From Calcarisporiella thermophila CBS 279.70 (lineage: Eukaryota; Fungi; Calcarisporiellomycota): a stretch of 64,000 nucleotides of DNA. Below are positions 49,280 through 60,716 of the stretch, piece by piece. The stretch is from assembly GCF_041956535.1 (NCBI RefSeq), contig NW_027192191.1, forward strand, positions 1,568,087-1,632,086. Direction: 5' to 3'. A model generated the notes under the pieces. It did no database searches and had not been told where the DNA came from. It worked only from the letters and a program-made list of their open reading frames with translations. Made by a program: the position numbers and the translations under genes. The first letter of the stretch is position 1. Every line of letters begins with the position of its first letter.

Positions 49280-50965
49280 CTAATCCAAAAACTGCCCCGT
49301 CAAGATCGCCTTTCCCATCGGTGAGGCAGGCCGGCGTGGCGGTGGCTCCGTACCCGGCGGGCTGAGGTATTCCGGTGGGGGCTTTGCAGGCGAGGTGCGT
49401 CTACGATGCCGCGGTATCGAGGCGGAGGTATTGAGGGTGGCGGTGGTCGCAGCGTCTTGGACCTATTTTTTTTTGGTGAAAAGTCAGTACCTCTTGTTCT
49501 ATCCACCGCGCCAACATCCAGTCATCCCAAGGAGAGAGTAAGGGGTCGAGGGAGAAGAGGGTTAGTAGTCAACATAGAAGACGGCGTTAGTTTTCAAAAG
49601 CACACTAGTCAATAGGTAGGGAAAAGAGTGGTTGGCGATACAGCCCATGTGACGGGAAACAGACAATTCCATCGTTGTCCCATAAACACAGCGGAGCACA
49701 CACACACACACACACACACAGCTTTGAAAGGGAGGTTAAAGTGGACCGATATCAAAAGTTCTCTTGTACAAACACATTGGGGCTTTTGAGCATCCAGCTT
49801 TCAGTGTCATTCCAGTTTGTGTAGGGCGAGTGCGGGTCACACAACTCGACGATAAGTTTTCGGGTGTTCTATCCGTCGGAAGTTCAGTCCCTCGATTGTC
49901 CAGGAGTTCGTGGCAGAGAACAATCTCCTACCTCACTAACGTTTGCAGCAAAACTTGTTTGTAATCATCATGCTTTTCCTGGTTCCTCTTTTCGCTTTCG
50001 TCTCCGTACTTGGTTGAGATCTCTTACACCATTCCACCTTCGCGACCGTGGTTGTGGTCGTGGCTGCAGTTGCCGATACCGTAGTTGCTCCTGTTGTTGC
50101 CGTCGTCGATATAGCTGTTAGTTTCGCTGTCGCTGTCGTGATTTCAACATCCATGTTCGTTGCGGGGGTGACTCGCCACTATCGTGATTCATGTCTCGGT
50201 CGTCAAAATCATTCCCAAGCCGAACGTTCCTAATGCTCGCTGGACTCATCAGTGGTATTATATTTTAAAGTCACTTGCCTGACTCCTTATGAGACTAGGC
50301 CCATTTTTGGGTGGGAAAAGCAGATAACTCGAGTGATGAAAGCAAGACGCGAGAAGGAATAACAAGAAGTGGAGAGCGAGAAAGTCAAGTAACAAGCAAT
50401 GAATACCAGTAAACTAAATAGAAAAGAACCAACACTATATGACTTTTTTCTCTTTTTTTCTCTTTTTTTTTTTCTACTCTTGCTCTTTTTTTTCTTTTTC
50501 TTCATTTCGTTTCGTTTTCTCTTTGTCTTTCCTGTTTACAAGGCAAAACTCAACAAACTCCAAAAAGAAGGTGCCGTTGCCAGAGGGAAGTTTAGTGTAG
50601 TGGAGAGAAATTTGGTGGGAGGGTAGGGTCAAGCAGCTTGTCGTCGGAACGAACGCTCCAAACGAAGGAAGGCCGCCGCCGCCGCCGGAAGCCTATGCTA
50701 TTGCCCTCTTCTCCCTCGTAAAGTTAGAGACTGAACAACTTACCGGCAAACCCTTGGCCGGGGGCGATGGATAGGCGGTGAGCGAAGCGCGCCGTAGCAA
50801 TGGGGGCGAGTTGCCGGGCGAATGCCCGAAGGGAGATGGAGAGAAGGAATAGGTGGGAGAGGCTGTGGACGAGGGGGAAGTCGAAGGAGAGCCCGAGAAG
50901 CCAAAGGCAGCTATAGACGCGCGGCGCGGGGGTATCGAGAGGGGCTTCGGCGGGTCATTGCTCAT
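49280..50965 (-). CDS. 134-aa disordered Ser/Pro-rich protein, 2 exons, 1281-nt intron
   Basis: Exon 1 50965-50744 (donor GTAAGT) and exon 2 49462-49280 (branch TACTGAC, acceptor TAG) join in phase 0. The protein ends RRPASPMGKAILTGQFLD*. Confidence 0.75.
49697..49719 (+). repeat. (CA)n microsatellite, intronic
   Basis: Seen directly. Confidence 0.9.
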
Positions 50966-53626
50966 TGGCGCGATTAACAAGGCTGAGAGAAGGGGAGAGA
51001 GGAAAGAAGGAAAAAAACAAACGCCGGGTGTGAAAACGAGGGTGGTGGGAGCTTTTATGTGTTTCCCTTTTCTTCTTTCAGCCTAGATCCGATAGGGCGT
51101 GTGAGAAACCCTCCCACTTGCATGGCACACGTGACCCGCCGCTTTTTCCCTCGACGTGAGCTGATCCTGTTTTGGTAAACGGCCATTCCCAGGCGATCAG
51201 CAGACACTCTCCTCTCTCAGGTCTGCCCACGCTGATTGGCCGGCCGCTGCCTATTCTATTTTCTCGATGCCTGAATATTAAGGGCCATGGCGACTTAGGT
51301 TGTTTGGACTGTAACATGCCAAATAAGCCTGCGCGTGCCTTGGCTCTGTTTGGAGCCCGGCAGGCCGAACCGGGACCCAAGCTGCCCCACGTTGGGGAGG
51401 ACGTTCAGCCAAAAGGAAATTGGCGGGCGTGTTGCATGCCTGGGAAGCAAGCTCTGCAGTGGCCCGGCCGCCCCCGGTCCAGTTCAAGGACAGGCCGGCC
51501 CGAATTCCCAGGCGTGCGTTCGCCGGGCAACGCGAGCCCATCTTTGCGCTGGTTGTGTGCGCTTATTTGCGAGAGCCACGACTTTAGTAAACATAGGAAC
51601 GAGTGGGGCGGAATTGAAGGGGGAGGGATGGGTTGTGCAGGCTCCATGCTGTGAGCTTGAAAACCCGGATGTCCATTGCATGCTCTTGCATTTCATGCCA
51701 AGGCTCACCTGACCAGCGAGGAATCGATCATAGGAGATTTCGCTATGGAAGCATGTAAGATGCCGAGAAGCTACTTTCCAAAATGAAATCGAGAGGCTCA
51801 TGCTCAATCGAGCATTTTCCGATTTGGCATTTTGGAAGAATCCGAGTCCATCGTCTCCATAGGGAATAGACAAGCTGGTGCAACTGCACTGGCAGACTCG
51901 GATTACGAAGTAATCCTGTGGCCCATTCCCAGTGGAGGCTTGGAGAATTGCTCCTTCATATTGTTCTCGAGGGTTACAGTCGCTCGCATACTCCCCCCCC
52001 CCCCTTCGCTATTGTTATTGTCCGCTGTTCTCGGGTGGTACGCAATTAGCAAGTGATGGTAAGAATGAGACGCGACTCTCCATTGCTAACCGCGCCTACC
52101 GAAAGGCGTTAGAGGTGTGGAACGAGAGTTTGTCATTTTTGTATTGATTTGTTATACGGCCGATTTTGAATCTCAGAATCCAAGGGGCCTATGTCGATTT
52201 CGTCATCCCTCCTTCGGGATTGCTCTTAAGGCGTTTCCGACCGCCCCCTCGATTAGACACCGCGAAAGCGAAGACGCTCATTAGCGTCTAACCCCCCTCC
52301 TTCCCCTCGATGAACGCTCTATCGCCATCGAGTGCTCCGCGTCTCCGTGCTCTTCCGGCGGGGCTGCGCTACGGAGATCGGTTGCATGGAAGGCTCTGGC
52401 AGGTTAGGAATCCCAAAAAGGAGCGATGAGGTCAGTCAATCATTCGGAGGGAAGATTCCATGAGGGGATGGAGAAGCTGGTGGATTTGCTATTGCTTTCA
52501 TCCACTGTGGCCGGCCCATTCCCCCCTACCCCCTCCTCTCCCAGCGGCATTCTGGCCCTGGCTTCTACTGCCGCTTCGAAAGTGTCAGTGCACACGTCAC
52601 ACGACAGCTCCTTTCTCCAATCCCTCCCAAGTTTATCCGAGAGATCAAGGCGGAGGCGGTGGGATAACAAATTGGGTGTTGTCCCTCTTCCTAATGTTGC
52701 GCACACGGCTCTTGGCCCCATCCTTGTGCCGAGGTTAGCGCCAGTGTGCTCACTCATGAGCGGGGTTCCTGTTTTCTGAGCCTGGCCGTTCCCCAACCTT
52801 GGTAACATCCCGCCCTTCGCTGGCCCCAGGAGCCTTGCGCCTCGGCTGCAGCGCCGAATGCTTTTGAACGGACAGGCGCTGGCATTCCCCCGTCCCTTGT
52901 GGAAGCCCCATCCTCACAATGCAATTGAAGAGCGGAGGCTGGTCGCCTCACGGGGGTATCCGCCGCATGAGGATCAATGCAGACACGATGGGGGATTTTG
53001 GAAGGGAATTAGCATGGGCACGAGCCCATCCCAATGCCGGCACCCCATGGCATGTCATGGCATGCTTGTGCGGAGACGGGCTACGAAGAAAGCCAGTCCT
53101 GCTTGCTTTTTTTGAAACAATATAAAGTTAGAGCTCTGTTCTCCACGTCGCTTCCATAGCAAACTTTGATGAACTCCATTTAAGTTACTGAAACAGGATA
53201 CAATAATTTTTCTTGGCCAATCAGGCGCCGCGGATGGTGTTGTGGTTTAGCACTTTTCTGCGCGCTTTTATTTTTTCTCTCTCCTCTTTGCCAACCTTCA
53301 TTCTGTCCCATCGCCGCGAATCGGTCATTTCGCCAATCCATTCCATATTCCCTCTGCTTCCCCGCATACCCGGCCTACATGACCGTCGCATCCATCATCG
53401 ATCCAAGATCCATTCGAACCATTTGACTCTCTCATCCTGACGAGGACAGATTCCAATCACATCCCTTTTCTCCCCTCCAACATAAACAAACCCAATACCA
53501 AGGAAAAACCCGCCCACAGCCCCTCCCCACCGATCCCCTCGATCTCCCCCCGATTGCCCAAGCCCCCCTGCCCCTCTCCTCCCCCCTTCTCCAAGCAGCT
53601 CGCTCACTCTACCCTAGATCGGAGCG

Positions 53627-56600
53627 ATGGGAAGACAGGGCAAATCGTCACATTCGAATCCCTCGATGCGCAACGAAACACGCTCGAAACACCGCCGACA
53701 TCCTTCCCTCATCGCCGCCACTACTCCAGACCCCCCCATCGCCCCCGACATTCCCCCCAATTCCGGCCACGCCCCTCCCATTCCCGATGCAAAATTCGAA
53801 TTACGCGTTAACACCCAGCCCTTCTCCAGGGCCAACTCCTCCCCCAAACCCGCCGACGCGCACTACAGCCGCTCGTCCACCCCCGATAAATCGCACCCCA
53901 ACCCGCCGCAGCCCCTGCCCCCCCACGCAGCCACGAATATCCGCCAGCTCGATCACTTGATATCCCTCGAGCGCTATCTGAAGCACAATGACTATCGGGA
54001 GTCGCTCCAGCTCCACACCAATATCCTGGGCCTTACCCTCTCTGCCCGCCTATACCACGCCATGGACGACGCACACGACTACCTCCATGAGCTCTTCCGC
54101 GCGCAGGGCCGCGCCGAGTTCGCCGCCTTTTATAACCACTTCTTCGATACCGCCGACGCCGTCCTCGATCGCGCCCTGGTCCACCCGCAGCCCAAGCCGA
54201 GCTTTCTGGATGTGATGAGTTTCTCGGGCAGCGCCGCCGTCGTGCGATTCTTGACCTGTTTGCGAAATGAGCCTGCGAGCATCGCTGCTGCTCTGCAGGC
54301 TCTGACCGAAGAGGAGCTCACCACCCTCGTCCCGTCTCTCGCCCCGGACAACTCCGATGCAGCGAGCTATGGCAGCAAGCGCGCGTCCATTGTACATATT
54401 GACCGCACCCGTGGCATGGTGAATCATTACGACCCGGCTCGGGTACTGACGAGCGTTTTGTTCGGGCCGTCCGTGTTTGCAGCCGAGGTATGCTTCGGGT
54501 GGCTGACTTGCCCCCTCCCCCCCCCACTCCCCTTCCCCTCAGCCCTATGCTCACCCCTTTTCTTTGCCTTCCTGTCTGTTATCCATGCTATAGGAGCAGC
54601 TTCGTTTCAACCTTTGGAAGCAGATATTCTCTTCGCTAATGCTGGAGCGTAAGGGCGAGGCTTTTGTCCTGCACGCCCTCGATGCCTATGTCCATCTGAC
54701 GCCATTGCCCGGGCGACAGCAGCTGGAGCATCAGTTGATCAAGATTTTGCGACGTGGCGAGAGGACGCACCACTCGCCCTCGTCCCTCGAGGAGGCCTCA
54801 GCGATCCGCCCCCGCGAGGAGAAAGCTTTCCGCGTGACTACGATCCGCGAACACGAGTCCACCCACCCCCATCGTACTCCCCCCGCCAACCCGGCGTCGC
54901 AGGCCCCTCGAGATTCCTCGTGCTGCGAGCACTTCTTCGATTCCGCTTGCCTCGATCTCCTCGGCGACGTGGAGCAATTCACCCCGGAATGCGTCCCGCG
55001 CTTCTGCCGCGCCTTGCTTGAAGAGCTTCCCACCGAGCTGCAGTACTATGTCCGCCACGTGATCATTGTAAAATATTTCTTCGGACAGTTCCTTGCTAAA
55101 GCCATCACCTCCCCTGAGGCGTATGGGCTGCTGGACGACCAGTACTTCATCACCGAGTCCCAGCGCCAGCGAGTTTTGGTCGCGGCCCACCAGCGGTTAA
55201 TGCGGCATGTCGTGGACGTTTTGGACGGCAATACCGAATGGTGAGTAGAATGGTGCTTTTTTTTTTCCGGGTTGGAATCCGCCAAGAGAGGCCGGAGGAG
55301 GGGAGCAGAGATGTGGGAGTATTGGAGGGTGATGTTGCAAGTTCTAATGTCCTCCGGTCCATTTAGGTTAAGGAAGCCCGTGAACGCCCTGGTTCAGCGC
55401 ATCCACGCCAAGATCAAAGGCTTTATTACGAAATTTTGCGAGCCCTCACCCCATCCTTCTGACACAGGTAAATGAATATCTACGGCCTCGTCCTCCCTTC
55501 CAGACAGATTGGCTGACGCCCCTTCATTCAAACTAGATCACCCGAATTCACGCCCGCCGGACCTCGTCGGCTCCATCTCGGCCAACTCCAGCGCCGAAAA
55601 CCCCTATCCAGCGCCCGACCTCCACCCAAAAGTGTCACCCACCCTCTTGCTCTCCCCTGCCGACGTCCTCTCCCTCTTCTACCTCATCTGGCCCAAGGCT
55701 CGCTCCATCACCTCCTATGCGTCCGTCATGGACACCGATTCCCTCGCGCCGAGGCGCTCAAGCCGTAGCAGCACGCGCTCCGTTTCCCCTCGTCGTTCCG
55801 GGTCTCCCATCGACCCCCAGAACACAAGCAGAGCCTCACCCCCCACCTCCGTATCCTCAACCAACTCGCCTGCGCTCTCTCGCTCAAGTTCGACCAACTC
55901 GCTTGCCAACATGGCGGTGGACGGCGGCGGACAGGCCGCCTGGTCGGCGAGCGGCTCTCCCGGAGCCACCGCCTCCATCGCAACCGGCGGAGGCTTGGAC
56001 GAAACCATGTACTCGCAATTGGTGAAGGCGGTGTTGGAGATTCGCCGCAGGGTTCCCACGCTCTCTCCCTCGGCGGTGACCACGGCGCATGCCGCAAGTG
56101 AGCCTTGGGCTCTTCTGTATATCTCGCACGATGGCCAGGAGCTCTGCCTCGCCGACCCCTGCATGTCGGTGACGGAGACCACAACCTCGTCGGTCTCCTC
56201 GCCACGGTTAATGTCGGTGACGACTCCCGTGATTGCGGCTTGGCGGTCGGGCTCCTTGCGGTCGTCGCTAATTCTTGGCTCGTCGTCGCCCGTGGTGGAC
56301 CAAGAGGAGGAGGAGTACGAGGGGATGGACGAGGAGCAGCTGAGCGGTGCGAGTGATGATGGGCGGAGCATGATCTCCATCGAGGACGATCTGGACGAGG
56401 ACGATCGAAAGATCGGGCGCGCCATTTTCCGCATTCTGAGGGAATTCGATATCCCCGCGATCACCGGGGCGCTTGGCGGGGGGGGGCCGAGGGCGAGCAT
56501 TGGAGGAGGAGGCGCCATGGGCGGGACCAACCCTCTGGCCCCTACCTCCAGCATGAACGATTTGGCGGCGGGGCTCGGCGTGTTGATGATGTCAGATAGC

Positions 56601-59600
56601 CCCCCCGCCCACTCCAGCCCCCTTGGGTGGCCCTCTTCCTTTGGCAACATTGGGGGAATGGCGAGCTCCTGCCTTCCGGTGTTCCCGTCTGCAGCCTCCC
56701 AGCAGCAACAGCACCATCACCATCAGCTGCAAAATAGCCAGGAGGATCCTTTGTCCCTGCCCAAGTTGCTGTCGACAGCCATCCGGCTGGCCCGTGCTAA
56801 GGGCGACCATGCCGCCGCCCTGACCTATCACTACGCCCTCACCCTGCTCCACCAGAAATCCGCAGCCTACCGGCAGCAGCACCCAGAGGTCGAACGCGCC
56901 TCGCACGCAGGCAAAAAGGGCCCGTGCCCCGGCACCGAGACGCCGCAGGGAGGGGCGGCGAGCGTGACACGAAGTGAAGGAGAGGATGCCGAGGACCCCT
57001 ATGTAGCTCGCCTTCTGCTGCGCCTCGCAAGACCCCTCACCCGCCGTATCCAGAACCGCCAACACCGCGCCCAGCAGAGAACACAGTGGTCCCTCTACAC
57101 CCACGAGTACTATATTCGCCTGGTTCAGGCCATCAACCTCAAGCGGCGCATCTTCGAAAATCTCCGTCTTCGAATGCACTATACCTCGAAGCGGGCGGCC
57201 CAATCGAAGCAGTGGGATCGATTGCGTGAGGTGGTGCGCGGGGTTTTGGGATGGGAGCCCAAAGTGTGTGCTCCGCCCGGGTCCGCGGGAACGCACGCCG
57301 AACGCGGAGAGGAGGGTGCGGATGGGAAAAATGGCCACCCGAGCCACATGGGATCCGCGACCGCCACCGAGTCGCCTGGCGCCGTCACTCGCCTCTTCCG
57401 ACGGCGACCCAGCATTTCGATTCGGGTTGGCATTAGCAGGCAGAACAGCGTGCACGGGGACTCTTCCCCCGCCACCCACAAACCCTCGTCCTCCTCCTCC
57501 ACCTCCTCCTCCACCTCCTCCTCCGGAGAGCACTCCACGGATTCCAGGCAAAGCCGGTCACGTCCATCGCGCCCCCTCGATCCCACCCAAGTCGAGCAGG
57601 TCACCCGCTGGCTCAGCGAGACCGGAGTCCAGAACTTCATCCCCGGGGACGAGCGCTTGCACTATTTCTTCTTCGAGCTGGACCAATTGCGGCGCATCCT
57701 GATGAGGGACCTCTGGAGCGAGCCGCTCTTCGCGAGGGAGAGTCGCGCGTTTGGGATCACCTCGGTCCCCATCCCCACCTCTCCCTCGTCGACCACCGCA
57801 GGCGCCCTGGCCCATGCTTTGTTTGGACGCGGCGAACAGGCTCCCACCAATGGTGCAAACACGGGTGGGATCGGGGGGGCTAGCGGTTTGGGCGGGAGCG
57901 TGCAGCATTCTGGAGCGTATGACATGGCTTCAAGTATCGGGGGCGGGAGTAGCTATTTGAGCTCGATGCGGTTCCATCGCCGTGCTATGTCATCGACTGC
58001 CTCGCTGCTAGCTGCGCCGTTCTCTCCGCCCCCCTGGACGGTCCCGTGGGCGTCGGATCGTCGGGGGGGAATCTGGGGGGGAGCGTGTCGGCCATGGGCG
58101 GGGGGTTCGGTGGAGGCGGAAATCTCGCGGCTAGCATCGGGCCGGGGATTGGCGACGAGTACATGAGCACGCACCATACGACTCAGCAGCACCGGCGCTC
58201 GTTCATTTACCAGCCCTCGGCGTCCATGGCCTCCATTTCAGACTATCCGGTGGCGGCGTCGCTTCCGGCCGGGATGGCCATGAACGCATCCTCGTCGTCG
58301 TCTCCCAACGCCGTGTACACCGATTCGCCGGGGTCGCTGGGCATGAACGCGAACGGAAACGGCACCTCTTCCCACCAGCGTCAGCAGCAAGCCGACGAGT
58401 TCACCCTCTCGACTCAGCTCAAGTTTGTCGGACTGCTGCTGAGCGAGTTTGGCGCGGGCGTGTTGTTGGCGGATTGCTGCGAGGCCGACCAGTGGTTTGA
58501 GGAGTTCATGGAGAACGACTGGCGGCAGGTGTCGTCCTCCATTCTGTCCGAGCGGCCCGCCTCGAAGGAGGACGGGCTGGGCTCGGAGGACGGCGAGGAC
58601 TGGGACGGGTGGAGCAAGAGGCTCTCGCGGCGTCCCCCCCAGGAGGAGGGCGACAAGAATCACGCGCCTCCCAAATCGTCGCAGGCCCCGACAGCCGGGC
58701 AGCAACGCAAACCCTCGGGCTCCTCCTCGTCCATGCACTCCTATTCCTCGCGGCAAAACATCACCCAGCCCATTTCCGCCCTCCAGCAGGTTCAAGCAGC
58801 CCTGGTGTCGCGACAACGTGAAAACTCGGTCCCGTCCCCCAACGCCCTCCCCTCGCAGAGCAAAGACACCCAACGACCCTGCTCCAGTGCGCCGTCCACC
58901 GCCGACTCCTGTGCCGCCGACTACCCTGTGGTCAAATCGCTGCGCAACCTAACCCTCCAATTCTCACTCCTGCCCTCCCCCTACCAAAAGCTACGCGTCC
59001 TGCTTGCGCTGGAGATGCTCATCATTGCGTCCCTGAGCTTCGGTCCCTCCTCGTGTCTGGACAATGCGGGCGAGGCCTCGCCCTCGGCGGGCCGCAGCGC
59101 CTCCCCTTCCCCGCTCTCCCCCTCCTCCTCCTCCATCTCCTCCTCCTCTGGCGCCCCGGGCACCGACTCCATTGTGAACGAGATCGAGCGCGTGTTCCGC
59201 TCGCCCTACCTTCGGCCCCAGAATCTGATGCTCAACCTGCAGCTGATCGCGACGTTTGTGCCCGGCTCGATCCTCGACCTCAAAGACGAGGGCAAGGCGT
59301 TCTGGGACGTGTGTCTGGCGGTGATGAGCTTGAAGAAGGAAATGCTTGAGCGAGTGGTTGAGCGCGGGGTGAGCTGTGTCGAGGGCGGCGGTTCGAGCGG
59401 CGGCCCGACGAAGAAGTCGCCCAGCTCCAACGGCTCGCGCAAGACTAACGGCTCGGATAAGCCAACCTCGCGCGGATCCATGCGGGGAGTGCGGGAGCGC
59501 GAAGACGAGGAGAAGCGCTTGCAGATGGAAGCGGTGCGGCTCTTTAGCATCGGTAAGTCGAAGCACCCCCGACGAGCTGGGGTAAGGTGGCTGACCCCAA

Positions 59601-60049
59601 ACGCTAACGTATTTCCTTTCCATTTTCCCGTAGCTGCCAAGGAGAATCACCCGGTTGCCCAGCGAGAGCTTGGCATTTTGTATCTCTCGCTGCCCTGGCT
59701 GCCCCACACCGCGTGCCCGCCCATCTCGCTTCCCCCGCGCAAAAAGGCCCGCGACTCCGCCTCCTCCTTCACCTCCATCGCCTCCGCATCGGGAGTGATC
59801 GTGGCCCCCTCCTACAACCCGTCCGCCTCGCTCCACGACTCTCTCGCTCCAAGCCACCAAAACCTCTGTGCGTCCTGTGGAAGCGGCGTGGTGGGCGTGG
59901 TGGGGGACGAGAGCGACCTGGCCAAGTTCAATCCCAGCAACATTTCGGCGGCCATCCGCTGGTTTACCCTCGCCGCTGCCCAGGGCGACGAGTTTGCTCG
60001 GCGGTTCTTAAAACGATACCGAGAGGACCCCTCAGGATTCTACAGCTAG
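53627..60049 (+). CDS. Large protein: RasGAP-like region, VPS9-like Rab-GEF domain and SEL1-like repeats; frame discontinuity near 58030
   Basis: YFFGQFLAKAITSPEAYGLL (RasGAP-like); SPYQKLRVL..GTDSIV..NLQLIATFV..GKAFWD (VPS9-like); HPVAQRELGILY and AIRWFTLAAAQGDEFA (SEL1-like). Several GT-AG introns. Confidence 0.75.
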
Positions 60050-60716
60050 ACTCCCCTTTTCCCGCATTTGGTGGCCCTTCTTTCCCTGTCGAGTGTGTGT
60101 GATCGTCAATACATATAAATATATTCATATATATTTTCTCCTCCTTTTCTTTCTTCTCTATTACTCCGTTCAATATATATTTTTATATTGCATTCCCTTT
60201 GTCCCTTACTTTCTTGCATTCCCCCTCCCCCCCCCTTTTTTTTTTCCTTTCTTGATTCACACTTTCCATTCTTTGTTCAATACTTTTTATTCCCCTTCCC
60301 CCGAAAATACTCTCTTGTGAAGATGTTCTTGTAGTTGAATTGTTTAGCCATTTGTTTTCCTTGACTCTAACCCGATCCTTCTTTGTTTAATACATAACAG
60401 ATCTTATTTTATTTTAATTTTCCAATTTTTTATCCAAAAAAAAAAAAAATGGAGCTCATAAGCTGGAATTTTGTCTTTAAAAATGTATATATAAAAAAAG
60501 GATTGATTATATACATATCATTATCACTAAGAAAAAGATTTTTTCTCCTATTCGAGGAAAAAAGAAGTATATATATAATATATAAAAAGAGTAATAGGGA
60601 AAAAGAAACTCTCATCTATACGGTACATAAACAAGGGGATGGATATATAAAATTAAAAAAAAAAACATCAAGTAGGGAGAAACTTAGGACTAGGATCGGG
60701 GCCTGAGCGAAGGGTT

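Noticed and set aside
50200-50252. CTGATGAGTCC on the - strand, resembling a hammerhead ribozyme core or a C box
   Set aside because: There is no GAAA after the would-be stem II and no nearby D box with a terminal stem.
51000-53600. ORFs such as 51172-51654 and 52426-52779 in a 2.6-kb divergent gap
   Set aside because: No recognisable family, and overlapping ORFs of similar length occur on both strands. They cannot be supported without expression data.
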